Below, one piece after another: positions 1 to 7,957 of a stretch of 41,869 bases of DNA. The stretch comes from a virus (lineage: Duplodnaviria > Caudoviricetes), in IMG/VR virus record IMGVR_UViG_3300037755_000507, positions 1-41,869 of that record; one strand, written 5' to 3'. Within the stretch, counting starts at the first letter, position 1, and every line of letters begins with the position of its first letter. The position numbers were made by a program, and so were the translations under genes. Under the pieces are notes generated by a model. It searched no databases, was not told the origin of the DNA, and saw only the letters and a program-made list of their open reading frames with translations.

Positions 1-61
1 CGTGTCGAGCCTCACGAGCATCTTGACTGCCCGTGCTTCGAGGAGATCGAGGAGAAGAGCG

Positions 62-277
62 ATGAGTGACAAGCTGAACGGGTTCATCGTCGTGCTGGAA
101 AAGCCCATGCGCGACGACGACGTGGACTGGCTACAGACGGTTCTTTGTGGCCTCAAGGGCGTGGCGGCTGTCGAGCTGCTAGTGGAGCAGCCGAACGACG
201 CTGCTGTCGAAATCAGGGAGCGGATCAGATTCGCGGAGAGGCTGAACGCACTCGCGATGGAGGTGCTTGGTGGCTGA
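62..277 (+). CDS. Small phage hypothetical protein (71 aa)
   Basis: ATG at 62 after GGAG. MSDKLNGFIVVLEKPMRDDD...LKGVAAV resembles a recurrent phage family (recall only). Confidence 0.7.
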   Translation: MSDKLNGFIVVLEKPMRDDDVDWLQTVLCGLKGVAAVELLVEQPNDAAVEIRERIRFAERLNALAMEVLGG

Positions 278-477
278 CTGGAGTGAACGCGGCAGCGCTC
301 TTCGCGAGCAGATGAGTTCGGGCGGCAGCACTGCTGTCCCTCGCTCCCCGCACGTCTCGCCCGACCCGCGTCAGGCGGCGTGGATCGAGGCGGCGCGGAA
401 GCTGGGGATGTACCGCCCCCCCGCTGTGGCGGTAGAATGGAATACTTGACAGGCCGCAAGGCCGGAAAGGAACGACT

Positions 478-588
478 ATGGAAGCTCTCTTGTTGGTCAT
501 CGTGGCTGCCCTCACGGGCATCTTGACCCCGATCCTGGACGGGTTCTCCGGCTTCGCGGCCGGGATCGCGTCGCTGTTTGGAGGCTGA
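478..588 (+). CDS. 36-aa hydrophobic microprotein, not in the ORF track
   Basis: AAAGGA Shine-Dalgarno before ATG 478. Translates MEALLLVIVAALTGILTPILDGFSGFAAGIASLFGG*. Its last codons GGAGGC supply the SD for the next gene. Confidence 0.75.
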   Translation: MEALLLVIVAALTGILTPILDGFSGFAAGIASLFGG

Positions 589-590
589 CC

Positions 591-866
591 ATGCGGCGAA
601 ATTACATCGGCTTAGCCCTGTGCCTAATTCTGCCCGGCTGCCTTGCCGGCTGCACGACCAGTCAGCGCGGGAACGGCGAGTGGGGGTTCCGCATGGCGAA
701 CGAGTTCGTCATCCTCCAGCGCGTCAGCGACACAAATCCGAACGAGGTGGCGTCGCAGGACGTGGAAATCAAGCAGTACCTGCTCGACCTGATTCGAGAA
801 ATGAAGAGCGAGCCGGAAGCTGAGCCGCCCGACGCGCCCGCGAACGACGAGGATGTCTCGCCGTGA
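591..866 (+). CDS. Predicted lipoprotein
   Basis: Basic N-terminus, hydrophobic stretch and LAGC lipobox (MRRNYIGLALCLILPGCLAGC). Acidic, Pro-rich C-terminus. Confidence 0.75.
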   Translation: MRRNYIGLALCLILPGCLAGCTTSQRGNGEWGFRMANEFVILQRVSDTNPNEVASQDVEIKQYLLDLIREMKSEPEAEPPDAPANDEDVSP

Positions 867-1050
867 TAGCTCGCCTGCCATGTGCAGGTGGAGTAACGGC
901 GCGGTGCGTGCATGGCCTGACGAGGCGGAAAGCGTACCGCGCCAGCTAAATCTCATCCTCCTCCTACCCGGTAGCTGGCACCGGGGACACAAAAGCCAGC
1001 GACGACCAGGCCCGCCCGGCATCCCCCAGTCCCGACCCGCCGGGCGGGCC
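867..1050 (+). ncRNA. Candidate structured intergenic RNA with an H-type pseudoknot
   Basis: Stems 872-890, 898-909/932-943 (12 bp) and 1009-1020/1039-1050 (12 bp perfect). Stem 967-972/980-985 has a loop that pairs with 995-1000. Confidence 0.5.
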
Positions 1051-1068
1051 ACCCTTTCGAGGCAAGAC

Positions 1069-1398
1069 ATGAGCGACAACGGAACGAAGGTCTATGGTGC
1101 CAGTGACGACCTGATCGAGTTCGACGGCGACGTTGGCGGTGAGGTGGGATGCTACAACACGGATGCGGATGATCATCCGGGCGTCATGGTCGTTTTCAGC
1201 GACGGGACGATCCTGATCGTGAAGTACGGCAAGGCCAAGATGGCGATTTGGCAGGTCACAGTCTTCAAGAGGGGAGAGCTTTTCGATCGAATCGAAGAGT
1301 GCTCAGACGAAGATGCCGACCCGTACAGCGACGTTGCGTTTTTCCGGCCCGGCCTGAAGTGGGCTTTTGCGGCGAAGGGGTGGGAGAAGGTTGAATGA
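1069..1398 (+). CDS. Phage hypothetical protein with YGASDDLIEF motif
   Basis: ATG 1069 after GAGG. The motif recurs in phage hypothetical proteins (recall). The upstream part of ORF 853 is low-complexity and probably not translated. Confidence 0.8.
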   Translation: MSDNGTKVYGASDDLIEFDGDVGGEVGCYNTDADDHPGVMVVFSDGTILIVKYGKAKMAIWQVTVFKRGELFDRIEECSDEDADPYSDVAFFRPGLKWAFAAKGWEKVE

Positions 1399-1646
1399 GC
1401 GACAACGACTACATCGCGGTGCCGCGCGAACTGTGGGAGAAGATGAAGGTTGGGTATGGTTGGCTTCGCGATCAGTACGAGGAACGCATTTACCAAGGTC
1501 TGAGCCCACAGGATGTGCGAGACCTGTTCGCCTGCGAGCCGGTCGGCGCGAAGCACCTGCCTGCGCCCGCCGCGACAGAGGTGAGACAAGGTCCGTGGGC
1601 GGGTGGCTATGACGACTTTGTCCGCCTACCGGAGCCGCTGATATGA
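1395..1646 (+). CDS. Hypothetical protein
   Basis: ATGA overlaps with both neighbours. Confidence 0.65.
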   Translation: MSDNDYIAVPRELWEKMKVGYGWLRDQYEERIYQGLSPQDVRDLFACEPVGAKHLPAPAATEVRQGPWAGGYDDFVRLPEPLI

Positions 1647-1825
1647 TCGACAGCTACCGTCAGGCGTACCGCGTGATCGAACAGCGGTGCCAGGAGCTGG
1701 AAGAGGCACTGCTGCGGCTCGCGGAGGCGGCGCGGCCGCATCTTGCGGACGACATTCCGGCGTCAGCGAGCGAGCTTCGTGAAGCCGTGGCCGAGGCATT
1801 CAAGTTGCTGGGAGAAGAGGAGTGA
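1643..1825 (+). CDS. Small coiled-coil hypothetical protein
   Basis: ATGA overlap and helical composition. Confidence 0.65.
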   Translation: MIDSYRQAYRVIEQRCQELEEALLRLAEAARPHLADDIPASASELREAVAEAFKLLGEEE

Positions 1826-2115
1826 GTATCGTGATGAGTAGAATCGCAATCGTGTCGCTCGTGGCGCTGGCCGGCTGCGTCCCGGCGGGCGCCGTCCGCG
1901 TGCAGGTCTTTGACGAGGCTGGCGCGCGGGCACTCGGGGACGAGATTGGCCAATCGACTGAGGCTGTCGGCGACAGGATCGTTTCCGCTTTCAATGAGCG
2001 GTTGCCGCACAGCCCCGCCGGAACCTCTGATGTGTGGGGTGCTGTCGGCGGCATTGCCGGCCTCTATATCGCTAACCAAGTTCGCAAGTGGCACCTGTCG
2101 AGGGGGAAGTCGTGA
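1822..2115 (+). CDS. Lipoprotein with C-terminal hydrophobic segment (u-spanin-like topology)
   Basis: SRIAIVSLVALAGC lipobox. C-terminal VWGAVGGIAGLYIA is followed by basic RKWHLSRGKS. Confidence 0.7.
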   Translation: MSIVMSRIAIVSLVALAGCVPAGAVRVQVFDEAGARALGDEIGQSTEAVGDRIVSAFNERLPHSPAGTSDVWGAVGGIAGLYIANQVRKWHLSRGKS

Positions 2116-2897
2116 ACCACGCGATCCAGATCACCGAAATCAACAGCCCGATGCACCGCCCGTTCCATCCGTCTGGGCATCCCGAGTCCCCTATCGACAA
2201 GGCGGTGGCGTGGATGTCGCGTCTCAATGCGGCTGCGCCGTATGCCCAGGTCTGCTTAGTCACAAACTGCAAGGCTATCAACGAGGGCGTGGTGCCGGCG
2301 CTGCTCGCGTTCCGCAATCTCTTCCCCGCTCTGGTGATCCACGCCGGGATCAAAATCAACGACGAGATTGGCAACGATCACTGGGCAGATCCGATTCAGT
2401 GGGCACGGATCGCGGTCGGCGTACGCAAGATGATCGACCATCTTGGCGGCAGTCAGTGGCTGCTGGTCGAGGCGGAGTCGGCCACGAACTCGACCAAGGT
2501 CGTCCCGGAAGCCAGCGACACCTACGTCGGAATGAAGTTTCTCCAGTCGATTTTGCCAGGAACCCGGATTGTCTGGTATCCGTTCGATATTACAGGTGAT
2601 CGAATCGCGCTCGCGGAGCGGTCGCTATGTTGGCATAAGAAGTCGCGGCTTTTGCTCACGCAGTGGACCTCTGGCCCGGCCTTCGATCGCGCACGGGGTT
2701 GGGTGGTAGAGAAGGTCGAACACCTCCACCCGATTTTGTGGCCGATCCACGACGACCAGGTCGCCAGATTGCCGATGGACTTGGCCGGCGTTCACGGCTA
2801 CGGCTTCGGCGGCAAGATAGCTTGGATGGAGCCGGGTGTTGATCGCGACGCGAGAGTCGCTGACGTGCTGGTCGAAATCGCGAAGGGGAGTAAATGA
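2112..2897 (+). CDS. Hypothetical alpha/beta protein (about 261 aa)
   Basis: GTGA overlap with the upstream stop. Long ORF with alternating strand/helix pattern; function not recognised. Confidence 0.75.
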   Translation: MNHAIQITEINSPMHRPFHPSGHPESPIDKAVAWMSRLNAAAPYAQVCLVTNCKAINEGVVPALLAFRNLFPALVIHAGIKINDEIGNDHWADPIQWARIAVGVRKMIDHLGGSQWLLVEAESATNSTKVVPEASDTYVGMKFLQSILPGTRIVWYPFDITGDRIALAERSLCWHKKSRLLLTQWTSGPAFDRARGWVVEKVEHLHPILWPIHDDQVARLPMDLAGVHGYGFGGKIAWMEPGVDRDARVADVLVEIAKGSK

Positions 2898-3406
2898 GAA
2901 CCGTCGCTATTGTCACTGCCATACTCGCCGTGCTCATCGTCGTCGCGACTATTTCTGCTGATGTGATCCTCCGTCGCCGAGCATGGGAAGCGATCCTGCC
3001 GCCCGTCTGGGTTATGGGCCGGCCGGGCTATCTCCACGTCGTCACCACGCAGTCGATCGACGGCTCGGTCGGCTCGCGCGTCCGCGGCAAGGTCAACCCC
3101 ATCATCGAGCAGCCGCCCGGCGACTCGACGTGGGCCTACACCCGCGGGCAGTCCGCCGACTGCTGGCCGCACGAGACGATGCGGATTTGGTGCTGGTACG
3201 CGCCGACGCGGAGCGGGTTTGAGTTTTTCACCGTGCGGACGGGGAGCGGTGATCATCTTGCCGACGTGGCCGTCGCGGTGGATGAGTGGGGCTACGGGCG
3301 GGGGATATTCTGCCGTGAGGGCGACGGCGACTACATCGCGACGTGGCGCGACTGCGAGTTCATCTGGCGTGAGCCGACCAACGAGCCGGTGAGGTGGACG
3401 GAGTGA
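2894..3406 (+). CDS. Secreted or membrane-anchored hypothetical protein
   Basis: N-terminal hydrophobic helix MRTVAIVTAILAVLIVVATISA, ATGA overlap. Confidence 0.75.
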   Translation: MRTVAIVTAILAVLIVVATISADVILRRRAWEAILPPVWVMGRPGYLHVVTTQSIDGSVGSRVRGKVNPIIEQPPGDSTWAYTRGQSADCWPHETMRIWCWYAPTRSGFEFFTVRTGSGDHLADVAVAVDEWGYGRGIFCREGDGDYIATWRDCEFIWREPTNEPVRWTE

Positions 3407-3442
3407 GTGGGGGGGGAATGGTCCCGAGAATCGAGGGCTGAC

Positions 3443-3781
3443 ATGGGTCCAGGTGAATGGGTTGCGGTGGCTGGGATCGGGCTTACGGTCCTCACCATGC
3501 TCGTGAGCGGCATTTGGTTCATGGCGAGGACGGCCGCCTCAGTCAAACAAGCGGTTGATGAGGTCAAGGGGCTTCGCCACGAAATGAAAGAGCACGGCAG
3601 CGCGCTCAGAAATGAGCTGCAGCGCGAAACGCTGGCCGTGCGGAGCGAGATCGTTGGGCTGCGCGACACGCTACGGACGGTGTTCGAGCGACAGGATGGT
3701 CAGAGCGCCCGGCTCGGTCGAGTTGAGGGCGCTATCGGCCGCATCGCCGGCTGGTGCGATGGCAACGACACCGAGCCATGA
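3443..3781 (+). CDS. Single-TM plus coiled-coil protein (holin/XhlA-like architecture)
   Basis: TM helix WVAVAGIGLTVLTMLVSGIWFMA followed by a heptad region ending ARLGRVEG. Confidence 0.65.
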   Translation: MGPGEWVAVAGIGLTVLTMLVSGIWFMARTAASVKQAVDEVKGLRHEMKEHGSALRNELQRETLAVRSEIVGLRDTLRTVFERQDGQSARLGRVEGAIGRIAGWCDGNDTEP

Positions 3782-4404
3782 AAATCTGCGTCAACCAAGA
3801 CTGCGAGCGATACCGGCTCCAGGGCAGGAGACGCCGCTGCGCGGTGTGCCACCAGTACATGGGGCGGAAGCTCACCAATGACCAGGCCCAGTTCGTCAGC
3901 GACAATTTCGGGCTGGCCGTGGCCATGACTCAGCGGTATCGACGCTCGATTCCGTTCGACGATGCGCTGTCGGTCGCGTCGGAAGCCCTCATGCGCGCCG
4001 CGGTCAATTTCCAGCGTGATCGCGGATTCGCGTTTTCCACCTACGCAGGCAAGTCCATTCTGCTGTCCTTCCATCGCGAGCACCAAAAGCGGGTCGAGCG
4101 TCGCGAGATCTCGTGGGACTTCCAACGCCGGAAGCTGTACATGTTTACCCCCATGGACGAAGGCTCACTCGCGGCCGTCGATGAGGCTGACGAGGCGCCC
4201 AGCCAAGCAAGAAGGGCGGCCCAACTGTGGGCCACCCTCAACGAGCGGGAACGGGTCGTGCTTTCGGGCCGGCTGGGGCTGCACGGCCCGAAGCGGACGC
4301 TCAAGGCGATCGCGATCGAGCTTGGCCTCACGCAGGAGAGGGTGCGGCAGATTGCGTTGGCGGCGATGCGCCGGCTTCGGAAGGCTGCTCAGCCTGCATC
4401 TTAG
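3778..4404 (+). CDS. RNA polymerase sigma-70-family factor (regions 2 and 4) with N-terminal Cys4 extension
   Basis: Region 2: DNFGLAVAM...ALMRAAVNFQRDRGFAFSTYA. Region 4: LNERERVVLSGRLGL...TLKAIAIELGLTQERVRQI. Confidence 0.93.
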   Translation: MKICVNQDCERYRLQGRRRRCAVCHQYMGRKLTNDQAQFVSDNFGLAVAMTQRYRRSIPFDDALSVASEALMRAAVNFQRDRGFAFSTYAGKSILLSFHREHQKRVERREISWDFQRRKLYMFTPMDEGSLAAVDEADEAPSQARRAAQLWATLNERERVVLSGRLGLHGPKRTLKAIAIELGLTQERVRQIALAAMRRLRKAAQPAS

Positions 4405-4597
4405 CCCACTTCCGCTCGCACGTTTTGCATCGGTAGCAGGCTTCCGTGGCAACAGCCGGGAAGATTTTATGCCACGAAAATGACCGGCCACACAGCATCT
4501 TTGCGGAGTTACCCACTTCGCAGGTCAAAGGCCCGCGATGGACCTTTTGTTCGATCACTTGCCATAGTCTCGTTACGCTCAGTTTTCCGGCTGGCAC
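4328..4597 (-). CDS. Small His/Cys (putative Zn-binding) protein, paralogue A
   Basis: GTG start with GGAGG SD. Motifs KVHRG, MLCGRSF and CKTCERKWAKMQ. Confidence 0.7.
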   Translation of the reverse strand: MPAGKLSVTRLWQVIEQKVHRGPLTCEVGNSAKMLCGRSFSWHKIFPAVATEACYRCKTCERKWAKMQAEQPSEAGASPPTQSAAPSPA

Positions 4598-4809
4598 TTG
4601 GCTTCCTCCTGCATCTTAGCCCACTTCGTTGCGCACTCTCTGCATGGTTTTCCGCGATCGTTGTCCATGGGCGTGATCCAAAACCGCTCGAAAACCCGGG
4701 CGCATAGCATCATGTAACGGTCGGACTTGATGGCTGTCGGGTTGTCCGGCCCGCCCCGATGCACCTTGCCGAGCGACTTCGCCTGCCAGTGCTGTTCTCC
4801 GTACTTCAT
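4579..4809 (-). CDS. Small His/Cys (putative Zn-binding) protein, paralogue B
   Basis: ATG 4809 overlaps the upstream stop. Motifs KVHRG, MLCARVF and CRECATKWAKMQ. Confidence 0.75.
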   Translation of the reverse strand: MKYGEQHWQAKSLGKVHRGGPDNPTAIKSDRYMMLCARVFERFWITPMDNDRGKPCRECATKWAKMQEEAKCQPEN

Positions 4810-5192
4810 TCGGCACCTCCATTCGCGAGCCTGAGCGCGTCTTCGGCACGATCGCGAAACACGTTGAGCCACATGGCCATTTGGTGCGGGCTGGGCCACG
4901 TTGAGTGATCGTCCCGGTCGAAAGTTGCCGGCACGTTAAGCAGGATGCCTTCCAGCACGTCCCGCATGGCGTCGTAGCTGTTCACGGCGCGGACTACGAA
5001 CTCGCCGTCTCGGTCCATAAATCCGATCGTCTTGCCGTTTCTGTCTTCGATCCAGCCGCGGCTGACGTATGCCCACGGCCTCGGCGTCGCCTCACCTGTG
5101 AGCCAACCATTCGATAGGCAGGATGCGCTGCATACGCCGCACTTCCACACATTCGGATGTACTTGTACCCAGTCGTGTATACATTCAGGCAT
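4806..5192 (-). CDS. Hypothetical protein with N-terminal CxHxW...CxxC motif
   Basis: Chained overlaps in the minus-strand operon. TPRPW...FVVRAVNSYD is a common phage motif. Confidence 0.75.
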   Translation of the reverse strand: MPECIHDWVQVHPNVWKCGVCSASCLSNGWLTGEATPRPWAYVSRGWIEDRNGKTIGFMDRDGEFVVRAVNSYDAMRDVLEGILLNVPATFDRDDHSTWPSPHQMAMWLNVFRDRAEDALRLANGGAE

Positions 5193-5403
5193 CGGCTACC
5201 TCCTCCACGCTCGTGACCTTGATCGGATACGCGGACAGCAGCATCGCAATGCGCCGAGCTTGTGCGTGCGATTTCGCCATCACGTCCATTTGGAAGCCGA
5301 AATCCTCCTTGACGGTGTATCGCACGCGGTAGAGCTTCATCGGCCCGGGCCGTTCGACCCGCGCGGCCTCCATCGCGTCGATGATTTCTTCGGCTGTGCT
5401 CAT
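5185..5403 (-). CDS. Hypothetical protein
   Basis: ATG at 5403 (MSTAEE...) overlaps the upstream stop. Confidence 0.65.
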   Translation of the reverse strand: MSTAEEIIDAMEAARVERPGPMKLYRVRYTVKEDFGFQMDVMAKSHAQARRIAMLLSAYPIKVTSVEEVADA

Positions 5404-5663
5404 TCCCCACCCCCTTCCGCCAGCGCTATCGCGTCCTGCACCATGTGCCATCCTCGTGGGCCGACAATCACCGCGCCATTCCACAAGGTTCCCATCGCGG
5501 TCAGCGACTTGCACGCCGCGAGCAGGGCGTCACGCTGGGCGCCGAGCCGCTTGCATTCGAGCAGGGCGTCATGGCAGAGTGACCCGTAGGCCACCAGGCA
5601 CGTGTGGATACGGGCGTCGTCTGCCAGTATCTCGTCGATCAATCTCGTTTCGCTGTTGCTCAT
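5400..5663 (-). CDS. Hypothetical protein
   Basis: ATG at 5663 (MSNSETR...). QRDALLAACK...DAIALAEG resembles a common phage C-terminal motif. Confidence 0.65.
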   Translation of the reverse strand: MSNSETRLIDEILADDARIHTCLVAYGSLCHDALLECKRLGAQRDALLAACKSLTAMGTLWNGAVIVGPRGWHMVQDAIALAEGGGE

Positions 5664-5821
5664 TCCCCCGCCTCCCTCTCGTGGGCCTCGACAGCCTGAG
5701 TCAGGATGCGGCGGACCAATGCCGCGAGCGGCCGATCCTCTTCGTCCGCCCATAGCTGGAGCCGCTCGCGCAGCTCCGCCGGCACGCCAGACACGTTCAT
5801 CTGTAGTCGTTCCATTTCCAT
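5660..5821 (-). CDS. Ribbon-helix-helix (Arc/CopG-like) DNA-binding protein
   Basis: LQMNVSGVPAELRERLQLWADEEDRPLAALVRRILTQAV fits the beta-alpha-alpha RHH pattern. Confidence 0.8.
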   Translation of the reverse strand: MEMERLQMNVSGVPAELRERLQLWADEEDRPLAALVRRILTQAVEAHEREAGE

Positions 5822-5823
5822 CC

Positions 5824-5910
5824 TCACTTTCCCAAGCAGTCGGCGCAGAGGCCGTCCGCCACAACTTCGGTTGAGCCGCATTCACGGCAGGTTGATTCGT
5901 TCTCGCTCAT
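5824..5910 (-). CDS. 28-aa Cys4 zinc-finger microprotein
   Basis: GGAG SD and GACGATG start context. MSENESTCRECGSTEVVADGLCADCLGK*. Confidence 0.55.
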   Translation of the reverse strand: MSENESTCRECGSTEVVADGLCADCLGK

Positions 5911-5983
5911 CGTCACAACTCCCCGGCGTAACTGCCGAGCCGAAACCGTCCGCGCTGCGCCCGTACAGCGCGGCCGGACGCGG

Positions 5984-6241
5984 CTAGACTCGCATCGTTG
6001 GCGATGATCCGCCGTTGCCACTGAAAACCCAGACCATACCGTCGCGGGCATGGCCGCCGACAACGACCCCGTGCCAATCCATCTTCTCACATAGCGCCTT
6101 ACATGCGGCCGCGTGATTCTCTACACTGCTGTCGGCGCTGCGGTGGGGGTAGGTAATCCGGTTGCCGTCACCATCGCTCGCGATGATCCGGCTCCTGCGC
6201 GTGCCCGTCGGTCCCTTGTACGTTGTCGCAATCGCTTTCAT
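5984..6241 (-). CDS. Phage early-type hypothetical protein
   Basis: GAGGAG SD. IATTYKGPTGTRRSRIIAS...ENHAAACKAL is a recurrent phage motif (recall). Confidence 0.85.
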   Translation of the reverse strand: MKAIATTYKGPTGTRRSRIIASDGDGNRITYPHRSADSSVENHAAACKALCEKMDWHGVVVGGHARDGMVWVFSGNGGSSPTMRV

Positions 6242-6272
6242 CGTCGTATCTCCTCACTGGCCACAATCGGCC
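6239..6272 (-). repeat. Repeated gene leader, type 1, copy 1 (copy 2 at 6676-6709)
   Basis: Identical GGCCGATTGTGGCCAGTGAGGAGATACGACGATG on the minus strand before two adjacent genes. Confidence 0.95.
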
Positions 6273-6315
6273 GGTTATGCGGTCGCCTTGGCAATCGCGG
6301 CGCGGGCGGACGCGG

Positions 6316-6678
6316 CTAGGAATCGTGCTGGTTGGTATACCAGTGGGCTACCTCTTCAACCGCGAACCACGCCAGCAGGTTCGCGAACGTGTCGGCATCC
6401 TCGATCATGTCAACCCGGTTAAAGGTGGCGATGAGCGCGGCCGGGTTCGGTAGGCCCATGTCGTTGGCCATTTCGTGGAGTAGGCTCCAGATAGCCTCTT
6501 TGTTCTCTTCGTAGAACGCCACGCAGTCTGACGTGTAGGTGAATCCGGGCCAGCCCGTGTCGGCGCCGTGGCCGCTGATGTCGCGCAACGACTCGGCAAG
6601 CTCGCTCTTCGTCCTGCATCTGAGTTGCTTCTTGATCGGTCCGAGTAGTCTCTGCTGGATCGTCTTTGTCTTTGTCAT
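6316..6678 (-). CDS. Phage early-type hypothetical protein
   Basis: Strong SD. DISGHGADTGWPGFTYTSDCVAFY...NLLAWFAVEEVA is a recurrent phage motif (recall). Confidence 0.85.
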   Translation of the reverse strand: MTKTKTIQQRLLGPIKKQLRCRTKSELAESLRDISGHGADTGWPGFTYTSDCVAFYEENKEAIWSLLHEMANDMGLPNPAALIATFNRVDMIEDADTFANLLAWFAVEEVAHWYTNQHDS

Positions 6679-6754
6679 CGTCGTATCTCCTCACTGGCCA
6701 CAATCGGCCACTGCCGCGCCCCGCCTGGCGACGGGGCAACGCACCCGCGCGCGG

Positions 6755-6910
6755 CTAGTCGTCCTCGCTGGCCCACTCCTCAACTTCACAAGCCGCGTCC
6801 TCGTCGTTCACTGCTGCCCACGCGACCTGACGCGCCTCGGCGTCGCCGAGTCCACGCTTCACGGCGTCTGCGTAGTTCGATTCGTAGATGATCGTGTCTC
6901 GCTTCGTCAT
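6755..6910 (-). CDS. 51-aa acidic hypothetical protein
   Basis: GGAG SD. MTKRDTIIYESNYAD...EVEEWASEDD*. Confidence 0.65.
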   Translation of the reverse strand: MTKRDTIIYESNYADAVKRGLGDAEARQVAWAAVNDEDAACEVEEWASEDD

Positions 6911-6912
6911 GG

Positions 6913-6939
6913 CATTCTCCCCCGCGGCATTGCGGGCCG
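6913..6939 (-). repeat. Repeated gene leader, type 2, copy 1 (copy 2 at 7260-7287)
   Basis: CGGCCCGCAAT(GCC/CTC)GCGGGG(G)GAGAATG, a hairpin fused to the SD, before two adjacent genes. Confidence 0.85.
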
Positions 6940-6971
6940 GTCGGCGCGGAATGTCAGGCGTTATCGCCACA

Positions 6972-7262
6972 TCAGAGGGTGGTGATTCGAAGTCCATCGG
7001 CGAAAACCCACTCGCCCGCGGCCGGGTGCTGCAATCGGCCGTCGTCGATTGCGTGCAACATGTTGCACGCCTCGCGGACCAAGGCGTTCTGAGGCGCACC
7101 GCCGAATTCCCGAATGATCAATTCCAGTGCGTCGGCGAGGTTTTCTCTTCGTCGCGACTCAGTGGCCTGGCGGCGCTGGAGATCACGCTCCTCTCGATCC
7201 CGGAGTCGCCTCAGCGATACGGTCTGTCTGTTGATCGAAGCGTTCGCATCATTCATCGTCAT
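6972..7262 (-). CDS. Hypothetical protein
   Basis: GGAG SD, MTMN start, helical and charged composition. Confidence 0.65.
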   Translation of the reverse strand: MTMNDANASINRQTVSLRRLRDREERDLQRRQATESRRRENLADALELIIREFGGAPQNALVREACNMLHAIDDGRLQHPAAGEWVFADGLRITTL

Positions 7263-7357
7263 TCTCCCCCCGCGAGATTGCGGGCCGCTTGCGTCGCCCC
7301 ATGCGACGGCACAGCCGCTAGCGCTCGCCCCGCAACGAGCGCCGCGCGGGCGGGCCG

Positions 7358-7909
7358 TCAGGCGACGTCACTGTCGTCGTCGCCGCTGAATAAGCCGCAG
7401 TCCATTGCGTCCGAGGCGCAGCGATCACAAAACGCCGTCCCGGTCGAATCGTCCATGTCAACCCGGAATAGCGTTGTGACGGACTGGTGATTGCAATTGC
7501 CGCCGCAAGCGCACTCGCGGTCGGCGCACTCGCACTTAGGCGCAGGCGTGCCATCAGCGACATTGTGCAGGCAATGCTGACAGATAACGTCCGACCAGTC
7601 GCGCCGATTCTTGGGGGTGAACTCGCTGCAATAGCCGCATACCAGCGCGCCCTCCTCCGTGCAGTGTTCGGCTTCGACCGCCTCAATCCAGTCGCCCCAC
7701 GTCCCGATGTAGGGTTCGCTGTCGGCCTCCTGGCAAACTGTGGCCGCGTAGGTGTCGCCGAGGTTGACATACTGGAGCGTGCGGTCGGATCGCTCCACGG
7801 ATTCAATGCCGTATCCGCCTGCCAGCGTATTCGCTGCTTCCCAGTCGCCACGGCGTGCAGCGTCAAGAGCTTGTTCGAGCGTTGTCTCGGTTGCATTCAT
7901 CGTCATCAC
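7358..7909 (-). CDS. Acidic protein with YVNLGDTY motif and Cys-rich C-terminal region
   Basis: First gene of the leftward operon. YVNLGDTYAAT...TWGDWIE, followed by several CxxC pairs. Confidence 0.8.
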   Translation of the reverse strand: MMTMNATETTLEQALDAARRGDWEAANTLAGGYGIESVERSDRTLQYVNLGDTYAATVCQEADSEPYIGTWGDWIEAVEAEHCTEEGALVCGYCSEFTPKNRRDWSDVICQHCLHNVADGTPAPKCECADRECACGGNCNHQSVTTLFRVDMDDSTGTAFCDRCASDAMDCGLFSGDDDSDVA

Positions 7910-7957
7910 TCCGTCATGGTTTCGATTCCGCGGCCGACCACGCCGACCGCCATGATC

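Noticed and set aside
446-474. TTGACA as a sigma-70 promoter
   Set aside because: No plausible -10 box at 16-18 nt spacing.
898-943. Hammerhead ribozyme (CTGACGA...GAAA)
   Set aside because: Stem II and stem I cannot form properly, and there is no UH cleavage triplet in the right place.
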